Below, one piece after another: positions 39,617 through 47,626 of a DNA stretch of 64,000 bases; positions within the stretch are counted from its first letter, which is position 1, and each line of letters begins with the position of its first letter. The stretch is from a virus. Lineage: Duplodnaviria > Caudoviricetes. The stretch is from positions 11,076-75,075 of the IMG/VR virus record IMGVR_UViG_3300027710_000022; one strand, given 5' to 3'. The notes under the pieces were generated by a model, which worked only from the letters and a program-made list of their open reading frames with translations, had not been told where the DNA came from and made no database searches. Both the position numbers and the translations under genes were made by a program.

Positions 39617-40066
39617 TTATTTTACTTTATACGATAACCCAAGTCCTAATGTAAAATCACTACCAACTAAATTACCGATAGTCCATAAATTTATGACATT
39701 ACTTGGTCTAAGTGGATTGTACATTATAAGAAAATTTGGTTTATTACCATTAATTGTTGGTTGTAACCCAAATCCAATAATTGCTTTGTCCTCTTTTAAT
39801 TCTCTAAGAACACCAAACTTCATATTATCAGATAAAGTTCCTGTATTGGTGTTGACACCAGGAGGAAGTGTTATTCCACCATTTTGGCTTTTCAATTCAC
39901 CATATGGAAGACCTGCATAAAACCCCCAACCTTTTTTCATAAAACCACCTGTTATATAACCATCTGATGGGCCACCTTTTCGAGTGGCGGTTATAAACCA
40001 CTCTTGCCCATTTGCCACGACTTCTACTCCCAAAAGTAACGTTAGCACTAAAAAAATTTTTTTCAT
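39617..40066 (-). CDS. Secreted/outer-membrane beta-barrel-like protein
   Basis: Signal peptide MKKIFLVLTLLLGVEVVANGQ; alternating beta strands; ends LGLSYKVK. Confidence 0.6.
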   Translation of the reverse strand: MKKIFLVLTLLLGVEVVANGQEWFITATRKGGPSDGYITGGFMKKGWGFYAGLPYGELKSQNGGITLPPGVNTNTGTLSDNMKFGVLRELKEDKAIIGFGLQPTINGNKPNFLIMYNPLRPSNVINLWTIGNLVGSDFTLGLGLSYKVK

Positions 40067-40365
40067 TTTTTTGATTTGGACAAGGAGTCTTCCGTTGCCC
40101 ATTTTTCTTTTAACTTTGCTACCTTCTCAATCTTTACAATTTTACCATTCAATTTGGTAATCTCGTCCGCGATTTCTTTGGTTTTGACGGCCCTGCTAGC
40201 GAAATTTTCATCTGTTACTTCAACCCATTCAATTTTTCTTTCCAGAGATTTAATCTCTTTCTTTATTTGATTGACTGACTTTCTTTCGTCTGAAAGACTT
40301 GGGTCGATAGATGATGTTAATGTATTAAAAAATAGCATTAACGATAGTGTGATTTTATCTATCAT
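40063..40365 (-). CDS. Coiled-coil hypothetical protein with a hydrophobic N-terminus
   Basis: 100 aa; TATTTATA at 40370-40377. Confidence 0.6.
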   Translation of the reverse strand: MIDKITLSLMLFFNTLTSSIDPSLSDERKSVNQIKKEIKSLERKIEWVEVTDENFASRAVKTKEIADEITKLNGKIVKIEKVAKLKEKWATEDSLSKSKK

Positions 40366-40443
40366 ATATTATAAATATTAATAATATGATAAATATACAG
40401 AATAAAATATTGTAAATCAATATCTTAATATAAAAAAATTTTG

Positions 40444-40515
40444 TACTCGGTACGGGATTCGAACCCGTGCAACCACCGTGAAAGGGTGGTGACCTAACCA
40501 CTAGTCGAACCGAGC
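40444..40515 (-). tRNA. tRNA-Glu(TTC)
   Basis: GCTCGGT/ACCGAGT; CCACC-CT TTC AC-GGTGG. Confidence 0.92.
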
Positions 40516-40751
40516 AAGTAATCACTCAAATGGGTATTTGTTATAATATCACAATTGTTGCACTATACTTTGGTTAATTACTCCGTCTGTATCCAACAGC
40601 TTTATGTTGGCTTATAATTGGCTACTTTATTATAACTCACATTTTTATTTGTGATTAATTAAGAACTAACATTGCTATCAGGGTTTAAATGGTTCACAGA
40701 TAAATCCGGAATCACCACCTACCGATTTTACGGTATCTTAGTTAATTCTTG

Positions 40752-40836
40752 CAGAGAGTTAGGGATTCGAACCCCAGATACCTTTCAGTATGCCAGTTTT
40801 CAAGACTGGTGCCATCAACCACTCGGCCAACTCTCT
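40752..40836 (-). tRNA. tRNA-Ser(TGA)
   Basis: AGAGAGT/ACTCTCT, G73; CCAGT-CT TGA AA-ACTGG; long variable arm. Confidence 0.92.
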
Positions 40837-40923
40837 AAAATTGATTCTAACTCACCTTAAGTTGCACCATCCGAGTCACTGCTCTGGTTGACAAAGTCCT
40901 CGTTGAGTTAGTCTCAAAAAGTT

Positions 40924-41133
40924 ACAGGTTTTTCGTACCATCTATGTACATCATGACCGAAGTTTGGTTGGATTTACATCACGTCTCAGCAAACTTTACT
41001 CGGTGGTTACATTTTCGTATTGGGGTAATTATTCCCGACTTATAGTAACTCTACCCTCACCGCCCTACCTCGCGAGTCAGACGGATCTTTTGGGATTCAT
41101 AGACAGTGGGGTTACACCACCGTCGTCACCTGT
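40924..41133 (-). ncRNA. Unassigned ~210-nt structured RNA
   Basis: Closed by ACAGGT/ACCTGT; internal helices GACGGTGG/CCACTGTC, GCGA tetraloop, GTTAC/GTAAC, ACCGA/TCGGT. Confidence 0.5.
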
Positions 41134-41135
41134 TG

Positions 41136-41209
41136 AGCCCAAACTCAGATTCGAACTGAGGACCTACTGATTACAAATCAGTTGCTCTGGCCAGCTGAGC
41201 TATTCGGGC
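41136..41209 (-). tRNA. tRNA-Thr(TGT)
   Basis: GCCCGAA/TTTGGGC; ACTGA-TT TGT AA-TCAGT. Confidence 0.92.
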
Positions 41210-41343
41210 TACTATGGAAAACAGAAGATGGGGGTGTGGACATCTGTTTTTATGATTGGCGTTTCTCGCTATTCGCTAGCCCCGTTAAATCCCAATCAAC
41301 CATTTGTTTTACAAAGATAAAAAATAATTTTAGATATTCCAAA

Positions 41344-42177
41344 TTATTTATTATCTTTTATATATTTTTTTAATATTTCAAATTCATTTTTAACAAATTC
41401 GGGGTCATAACTTCCCATATCTTTTATTATATATGGTTCATATCCCATTTTTTTAATCTCATTAATTTTAATATTGTCACGATTTTTAACTTGTTTAAGT
41501 GAATGTTTTTTAGTTATTTTTTCATAATGCCATTTACCATTCCACATAATTGCTAATTTATAGTCATTAATTATTACATCGGCATCCCATCCATTAAACA
41601 TATTTTCATTAGATAAAACATCGTTATATTCTTTTTTACAAAGTTCAAATAATAAAATTTCATTTTTACTTCTTTTACCTTGTTTTGATTTTTTACCACC
41701 CGCAGATCCCGAGCATTTGTATGAACAAAATCTTCCTTTTAAATTTTCTTTACGTTCAAAATGTTTACCACAGTTATCACATCTACGTATTGTATATTTT
41801 ATTTCTTTTTTGGGTCTCGGAGGTTTGTTTTTTAACGAAACAGATATTTTAATTCTTGTTTCTTCATTAAAATCTCTACTATTTGAACATTTATAAGAAC
41901 AATGTTTTGGGTAATCCCCTATTGAAAATATATGTTCAGTTACATTTATTTTATATTCTTTATCACATTTTACACAATTTAATATCTTTTCATTTTTAAT
42001 TTGGTTTTTTGTAATTAACGATTTTTCAATCATTAATTTTTTATTTGGGTTCATAGAACAATTAGTCACGTGAGCTCCTGCTTGTTGTTTCTTTTCAAAA
42101 ACAAACGTTTCATTACAAAACTTACATTTATATTCCATCATACTCATTAATATAATTAATAAATATGACAAAATCAA
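41344..42177 (-). CDS. Putative free-standing homing endonuclease (multiple zinc ribbons plus PD-(D/E)xK-like domain) inside the tRNA array
   Basis: CKFC, CVKC...CSYKCS, CDNC...FCSYKCS; C-terminal WDADVIINDYKLAIMWNGKWHY...RDNIK. The true start may be ~42141-42147. Confidence 0.65.
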   Translation of the reverse strand: MILSYLLIILMSMMEYKCKFCNETFVFEKKQQAGAHVTNCSMNPNKKLMIEKSLITKNQIKNEKILNCVKCDKEYKINVTEHIFSIGDYPKHCSYKCSNSRDFNEETRIKISVSLKNKPPRPKKEIKYTIRRCDNCGKHFERKENLKGRFCSYKCSGSAGGKKSKQGKRSKNEILLFELCKKEYNDVLSNENMFNGWDADVIINDYKLAIMWNGKWHYEKITKKHSLKQVKNRDNIKINEIKKMGYEPYIIKDMGSYDPEFVKNEFEILKKYIKDNK

Positions 42178-42179
42178 AG

Positions 42180-42266
42180 TTGCGGGTGCAGGATTCGAAC
42201 CTGACGTGTCGTTTTACCGACGTGTGCTTATGAGACACCTGAGTTTGACCACTACTCTAACCCGCA
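42180..42266 (-). tRNA. tRNA-Met(CAT) with an atypical long variable arm
   Basis: TGCGGGT/ACCCGCA; loop CT CAT AA; 18-nt variable region with a GTCG/CGAC stem. Confidence 0.75.
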
Positions 42267-42271
42267 AAATG

Positions 42272-42342
42272 TTGTCCCTCGTGGATTCGAACCACAACTA
42301 GATGGACCAAAACCACCTGTACTACCGTTATACTAAAGGACA
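42272..42342 (-). tRNA. tRNA-Gln(TTG)
   Basis: TGTCCTT/AGGGACA; GGTGG-TT TTG GT-CCATC. Confidence 0.92.
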
Positions 42343-42347
42343 ATATG

Positions 42348-42427
42348 TACCCAAGGTCGGACTCGAACCGACACGCCTTTCGACACGGTTTCTAAGACCG
42401 CTGTGTATACCATTCCACCACTCGGGT
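42348..42427 (-). tRNA. tRNA-Leu(TAG)
   Basis: ACCCGAG/CTTGGGT; GCGGT-CT TAG AA-ACCGT; variable arm with a GAAA loop. Confidence 0.92.
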
Positions 42428-42434
42428 ATTATTG

Positions 42435-42506
42435 CACGCATGTAAGGACTCGAACCTTCATCTTCGGTTTTGGAGACCGAAATTCTACCAATTGAACTAC
42501 ACACGC
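42435..42506 (-). tRNA. tRNA-Trp(CCA)
   Basis: TCGGT-CT CCA AA-ACCGA; G73; 5' end ambiguous by 2 nt (42506 or 42508). Confidence 0.88.
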
Positions 42507-42512
42507 GTTTTG

Positions 42513-42584
42513 CGTTGATGATAGGACTCGAACCTATAATCGTTCGGTTAACAGCCGAAAGCTTCACCATTAAGCTACATCAAC
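42513..42584 (-). tRNA. tRNA-Asn(GTT)
   Basis: GTTGATG/CATCAAC, G73; TTCGG-CT GTT AA-CCGAA. Confidence 0.92.
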
Positions 42585-42589
42585 AACTG

Positions 42590-42664
42590 TAGGGTAAAGA
42601 GGACTCGAACCTCCATGATACCTTGCTCCCAAAGCAAGTGACTTAGCCATTAGTCCATTACCCT
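42590..42664 (-). tRNA. tRNA-Pro(TGG)
   Basis: AGGGTAA/TTACCCT; CTTGC-TT TGG GA-GCAAG. Confidence 0.92.
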
Positions 42665-42671
42665 ATTTGTA

Positions 42672-42711
42672 TAAAACAAAAAACCTCGAGATTTTTAAGT
42701 CCCGAGGTTTT
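42672..42711 (-). terminator. Intrinsic terminator immediately upstream of the first tRNA (candidate attenuator)
   Basis: Minus strand AAAACCTCGGGA/TCTCGAGGTTTT 12-bp stem followed by TTGTTTT. Confidence 0.75.
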
Positions 42712-42734
42712 CTAATATTTTAAGTTAAACTAAA

Positions 42735-42830
42735 TTAACCAACATCAGTATCATCGAGACATATGTGCATAGGTTGCTCATTCCAATTTAGTTGGTTTGA
42801 AAACGATGTCATGTTTGTTAATTGTCTCAT
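42735..42830 (-). CDS. Putative 31-aa leader peptide, not in the ORF track
   Basis: MRQLTNMTSFSNQLNWNEQPMHICLDDTDVG*; lies between promoter TATCTTTG (42858-65) and the terminator. Confidence 0.55.
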   Translation of the reverse strand: MRQLTNMTSFSNQLNWNEQPMHICLDDTDVG

Positions 42831-42932
42831 TGAATTTAGTTTTATCTTTTTCTTTTACAAAGATAACAATAAATATGTATATAATCAAGAAAAGTTAATA
42901 AAGATTTTTTTTGACTAGTTGCCGGAACGTGA

Positions 42933-42940
42933 TATTTATA
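42933..42940 (+). promoter_or_regulatory. TATTTATA element (putative phage late promoter); representative copy heading the surface locus
   Basis: The same 8-mer lies ~5-35 nt upstream of about 20 start codons in coding-strand orientation (e.g. 102, 1043, 2100, 3778, 6570, 7229, 8213, 9740, 20396, 29127, 30160, 30441, 51683, 61373); this copy is further from its ATG. Confidence 0.6.
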
Positions 42941-43014
42941 AGGGACAAATAAAAATTATCTCTCTCCTGACTGTTTTCATATGAAAATTGCGGGAGCATT
43001 TTAAAAAATTTCAT

Positions 43015-43665
43015 ATGGAAAGAATTAGAACATTATCACTTAGTTTAGGCAATAAATTAGCCCACGCATTTTTCTTATTAGTTGGGGTTTGGATTGTATT
43101 CGCTCTATGCTTCCAATTATTCTTCGTTTATTTAGAATTTTCCGGTAAACATGAACTACAAAGAAATGTTGTAAATTGGATTGAATGGAGAATCGATGGT
43201 ACATTCAAAAATAATCCTGAAAATATATGGTACGATGCCGACGACCATATTTGGGTTGAAAGTGTAACCAATGAGGTTAAAATCGGTAAATTAGCTGGTA
43301 ATAGAAATTTAGCATTTGGAGTTAAAAACATCTTAGAAGAGTTTTTACAAGAAAAGGGCTACGATTTATCGGCATCATCTCCGTACAAATTACAAGTACA
43401 AATTGTTTATTTAGATGTTCTTACAACAAAGAAGAACATATCTGTTTTCCATTCTGGTGAGGAGGAAGTGGTTATTAGACTGAAGGGAACATTGACAAAA
43501 GACGGTAAAAAGGAAAAAGAACTTATTGTTGAGGAGTCGTCATCTGAGGTATCTATGTCTACTCTAATTGTTGATGAAGGAGGGTCGTTTAATCAAACTT
43601 CTTTAAGTAACGCACTCAAAAAAGCCAGTGAAAAACTAATAAATAAATTAATGGTTAAAAAATAA
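43015..43665 (+). CDS. Membrane-anchored protein with a CsgG/LptE-like alpha/beta domain
   Basis: N-terminal TM helix; C-terminal FNQTSLSNALKKASEKL resembles FNQSTISIATKKALD of ORF 50907. Confidence 0.5.
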   Translation: MERIRTLSLSLGNKLAHAFFLLVGVWIVFALCFQLFFVYLEFSGKHELQRNVVNWIEWRIDGTFKNNPENIWYDADDHIWVESVTNEVKIGKLAGNRNLAFGVKNILEEFLQEKGYDLSASSPYKLQVQIVYLDVLTTKKNISVFHSGEEEVVIRLKGTLTKDGKKEKELIVEESSSEVSMSTLIVDEGGSFNQTSLSNALKKASEKLINKLMVKK

Positions 43666-43671
43666 AAAAAA

Positions 43672-45339
43672 ATGAGAAATCTATTAATAATAATCGGGGT
43701 AATAACACTATCCCTAATTACGTTTAAGTCAAATGCACAATTAACCGTTAACCAATCGGTAACTCCAACAACGGGGTTAAAAGTTGGAGATACAATTTCA
43801 GTAAAGTATACGGTTGCAAGAGGTACAACCACACCTCGTTATTTTTGGTTAAGATACCAATATAATAACAAAGCATTAGCATATGTTTCAACTACATTCT
43901 CACAAGGAACATCGGTTCAGACATTCTATACAGGTTGGTCGTCATATAAATTCACTGCGAGTACTGCGAATAGTATCACCGCTAAAGATTTATATGCTCA
44001 ATATTTGGTATCACCTTGGGGTTATGCCGCTAACGCAGATTGGAGTGTTGGTCAATTAACTGTTCAAAGAACTGATGCATCAATCAACGGAGACATTGCA
44101 ACTCAAAAATATGTAATTAAGGATTTGGGTGCATATACTGATATTCACAAATTAGACTTATCATATTCAATTGACGCAACAAGTGCCAACATTACACCAA
44201 TAACAACCGACCCAGGTACAATGTCTTTAACAAATGTAACGGGTAACACATCTCAATTTAAAGTAAGAGTTTTATTCCCAACAGGATACGATATTACCGC
44301 TCATAGTGTTTCATTAATACCATTAACAACCGCAGGTGAAGTTAACTGGACGGCACAAGCAATTGCTTCTAAGGTATTGGATGCAAGTGGTGAGGCAATA
44401 TTTACAACTGAAACAAAAGTGGGAGACACATTTGCAGTATTTGTAAATGCAGCATTACAAAAAACGTTTATGAATAACATTATAACTGTATCTGACGCAT
44501 ATAGAGCATTTTTAGGTATTTCACAAGTGGATATATCAGGTACACAAACATATTTCACAAGACCAATATTACAAAAGAAAGTTGGTTTAATTACAAAAGA
44601 TAAAACAACATTTAGTGAAAGTGATTCATATAATTTATTTGCACATGTAATGGGAATAGATGTTAAGTCATCTGCTATGATTCCATCAAACGCAGCACCT
44701 GTAAATGGTGTTGTAAATTATAAATGGTATAATGGTTTATTAAATCAAAGTTGGTTAGATGGGACACCGACATATAAAACTAAGGTAACATCTTCAAATC
44801 AAGCGGTGGACATGGTATTTGCATGGGGTGGTGATTTAGATTGGTCTCATTCGTCAGATCCTGACGTAATTGCCTCGAGAATAGCTTCGGGAAATTATGC
44901 AAATTCAATTAATCCATCTGAAAATGTTATTAAAACAATGTCAACAACAACAATGTCATACACACCAACAGTTGAAAAGGCGACATTGAGTTTGAATTCC
45001 ACAATTGCCAATAATAAAGTTGTATTAACAGGAACATTAACTAAAGAAGGTTTGGCTGGTTTAGAAGTTATATTACAATATGATAATTCTAAATTGACTT
45101 TTGATAATATTGCATTTGATGCTGGCGCCAATGTAACTAACTTCTCAACAAATGAGGACGGTAGATTAACATTTGGTTCAATGGACCAAACAAAAACTGC
45201 AAGAATTAAAGTAGGTACACCTTATAAATTAACATTTATACCAAAACAAACTTTAACGAATACAGCTGGTTTATTTTATACTGTTTTATCAGATGCCGTT
45301 GATGGTGGTGGAAACAAAATAAATTTAATAGTAGAATAG
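43672..45339 (+). CDS. Secreted surface protein with dockerin-like and C-terminal cohesin-like segments
   Basis: Signal peptide; ITVSDAY; AGLEVILQYDNSKLTF (cohesin-like xxQFxLxYDxxxL). Confidence 0.6.
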   Translation: MRNLLIIIGVITLSLITFKSNAQLTVNQSVTPTTGLKVGDTISVKYTVARGTTTPRYFWLRYQYNNKALAYVSTTFSQGTSVQTFYTGWSSYKFTASTANSITAKDLYAQYLVSPWGYAANADWSVGQLTVQRTDASINGDIATQKYVIKDLGAYTDIHKLDLSYSIDATSANITPITTDPGTMSLTNVTGNTSQFKVRVLFPTGYDITAHSVSLIPLTTAGEVNWTAQAIASKVLDASGEAIFTTETKVGDTFAVFVNAALQKTFMNNIITVSDAYRAFLGISQVDISGTQTYFTRPILQKKVGLITKDKTTFSESDSYNLFAHVMGIDVKSSAMIPSNAAPVNGVVNYKWYNGLLNQSWLDGTPTYKTKVTSSNQAVDMVFAWGGDLDWSHSSDPDVIASRIASGNYANSINPSENVIKTMSTTTMSYTPTVEKATLSLNSTIANNKVVLTGTLTKEGLAGLEVILQYDNSKLTFDNIAFDAGANVTNFSTNEDGRLTFGSMDQTKTARIKVGTPYKLTFIPKQTLTNTAGLFYTVLSDAVDGGGNKINLIVE

Positions 45340-45340
45340 T

Positions 45341-47626
45341 ATGAGGAAATTATTAGTAATATGTTTTTTACTAATCTCATTTTTAGGGTTCGGACAGAGT
45401 GTATCTGCTCCGGACTCTAAGTCGTTTATACCGTCTACAATTGGGCAAGATGCAAGTGGGTTTAGTTTAAGTGGATTTTCTACGACATCTAATTTGTTAG
45501 CATCAATAAGTTTAATCAACCCATCAACAAATACTACGTTCTACCTTAATACAACAACGGGTTTAACCGCAGCAAGTGGATTTACTTTAACAGGTAATAA
45601 AACTCGTTTAGTGGTAACAGGTACAATGGCTAGTATCAATAATGCATTAGCATCTTTAAAAATAACCACAGGCTCAGTAGTTGGTAATGTTCAAATATCG
45701 GTAGCGGCAACTGTAAACCCTGTTGGATATTTTTACAATGGTGTAAACGGACACTTTTATAGACCAATATCAACAGGTACAACATACACCGGAGCAAGAG
45801 CCGCATCATTATTAACAACATTCAAAGGACAGACAGGATATTTAGTAACAATAACATCAGCATCTGAAAATGCTTTTATATTTTCCAACGTACCACAAGC
45901 TAATATATGGTTTGCGGCAACCGATGAAGTTAAAGATGGGACTTGGGTAATTGACGCGGGACCTGAAAAGGGGACGGTAATGAAAACCTCAAATGGACAA
46001 ACCGCCGGAAATATTCCTGGTGTTTATAATAACTGGGCATCAGGTGAACCAAATGGTAATAATGGTAGTGAGAATTATGCAGTAACAAACTGGAACAGTC
46101 AACCAACATGGAATGATTTATCAAACAATTGGAACAATCCTTATATAATTGAATACGGAACTTGGACTAACCCTGATGATGCAACATTTACTGAATTTTA
46201 TACCAATAGTGTAACTCACTCAAACGGAGAAGTATTAAGAGCATCATTTAATGTTGATTTTGGAACTAATATAGATGAAACTAAATTTTCAGCAAAAGGA
46301 TATACATACACAAATAATACTTGGAATGTAGTAAACGGAACCGCTAAACAATTAAGTGGTTTAGGTAAAGTTGATTTAACGAGTTTATTAGATACTTCTA
46401 AAACTGCAAATGGAGTTAAAGCGACAACATCCGCTGGACAAGTTGAATGGGCAATAATAAATCCATATGACGCCAATTTAGGTGGACATCAATTATTAAT
46501 AGACGAAAGAGAATTTGATGGAACGGGTGTTTCTCCAAACAATGTAACTTCAATTAAATTATTTGATATATACGATGGACCAGTTACCGTTAGTAATGTA
46601 AGTGGTTTTTGGAAAACCTATATAATGTCAGGTAATTTAACAACCAAAATAACTTCATCAACATTTCAATCTCAATTAAGATTACAAGATGGTTGGTATG
46701 GAACGAAAGCTGAATTTACTTTTTCACCAACGATGACATATAAACCACACGGAATGGAATTATCTCATTCTAATCAAAACGAACTAAACACATTATATAA
46801 TAGTATTGTTACAGTATCGGATGTTTTTTTAGCGTTTAAGGAATTGGCGGATGGTGGGATATTTGGAAATCAAAGTGGGATGGGATTAACAAATGGTATT
46901 CAGTATTTGAACGCAGATGTGGACGGTAATGGGGTATTTAATGAAAGTGATACATATAAATTATTACAACATCTTACAGGAGTTCAATCACTTTCACAAT
47001 CCACGGCATTAACTTATTTGATGAAGTTATATAACAAATCCGATTATGATGGGATAACAACATCAAATTGGGCGACTCAATTTAATTCAACTCGTAATCT
47101 ACTTCCATTTACATTGAGTAGTTTGAATAACACGTATAATTTAAGTGTAACTTGGTTGGGTGATGTAAACCTTTCACATTCAGCACAGCAAAGTGTAAGT
47201 GGTGTTGCAACTAATTCATATAGGACAATGAGTTTAACAACTAATTCAGTTTCAAATGAAATTAACGCATCACTTATGGGTGAAAATATAGGTGGTAAAG
47301 TTGTAGTAACTATATCAATAGACCCGTTACAACAAGAGTTAGTTGGTGCACAATTCCAATTAAATTATGATAATACGATATTAGAATTCCAAAAGGTAGA
47401 GTTTATAACAAAAGGTAACCCAACTAATTTTGGAACCGATAAAGGTACCTATGTAAAAATTGGGTCTCTAATTGGTGATGCATCAACTACATTGGATAAA
47501 ACAACGGAATATAAAATAACATTTGTACCAAAAATTGGAATAACCGGAATATTAGGATTGACTTCAATATCAACAACTGATGCGGTTAATAAAAATGGAA
47601 CACAATTAAAAGTGAAAGTAAACTAA
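45341..47626 (+). CDS. Secreted adhesin-like protein: C-type lectin-like, dockerin-like and cohesin-like domains
   Basis: GHFY...YLVTITSASEN...WASGEPN...ENY...WNDL (CTLD); ADVDGNGVFNESDTYKLLQHL; GAQFQLNYDNTILEF. Confidence 0.7.
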   Translation: MRKLLVICFLLISFLGFGQSVSAPDSKSFIPSTIGQDASGFSLSGFSTTSNLLASISLINPSTNTTFYLNTTTGLTAASGFTLTGNKTRLVVTGTMASINNALASLKITTGSVVGNVQISVAATVNPVGYFYNGVNGHFYRPISTGTTYTGARAASLLTTFKGQTGYLVTITSASENAFIFSNVPQANIWFAATDEVKDGTWVIDAGPEKGTVMKTSNGQTAGNIPGVYNNWASGEPNGNNGSENYAVTNWNSQPTWNDLSNNWNNPYIIEYGTWTNPDDATFTEFYTNSVTHSNGEVLRASFNVDFGTNIDETKFSAKGYTYTNNTWNVVNGTAKQLSGLGKVDLTSLLDTSKTANGVKATTSAGQVEWAIINPYDANLGGHQLLIDEREFDGTGVSPNNVTSIKLFDIYDGPVTVSNVSGFWKTYIMSGNLTTKITSSTFQSQLRLQDGWYGTKAEFTFSPTMTYKPHGMELSHSNQNELNTLYNSIVTVSDVFLAFKELADGGIFGNQSGMGLTNGIQYLNADVDGNGVFNESDTYKLLQHLTGVQSLSQSTALTYLMKLYNKSDYDGITTSNWATQFNSTRNLLPFTLSSLNNTYNLSVTWLGDVNLSHSAQQSVSGVATNSYRTMSLTTNSVSNEINASLMGENIGGKVVVTISIDPLQQELVGAQFQLNYDNTILEFQKVEFITKGNPTNFGTDKGTYVKIGSLIGDASTTLDKTTEYKITFVPKIGITGILGLTSISTTDAVNKNGTQLKVKVN

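Noticed and set aside
40924-41133. Hammerhead ribozyme in the 210-nt RNA
   Set aside because: The CUGAnGA/GAAA core is not present in the required arrangement.
45341-47626. C-type lectin domain as a diversity-generating retroelement target
   Set aside because: No reverse transcriptase and no template/variable repeat pair seen; the lectin domain is internal rather than C-terminal.
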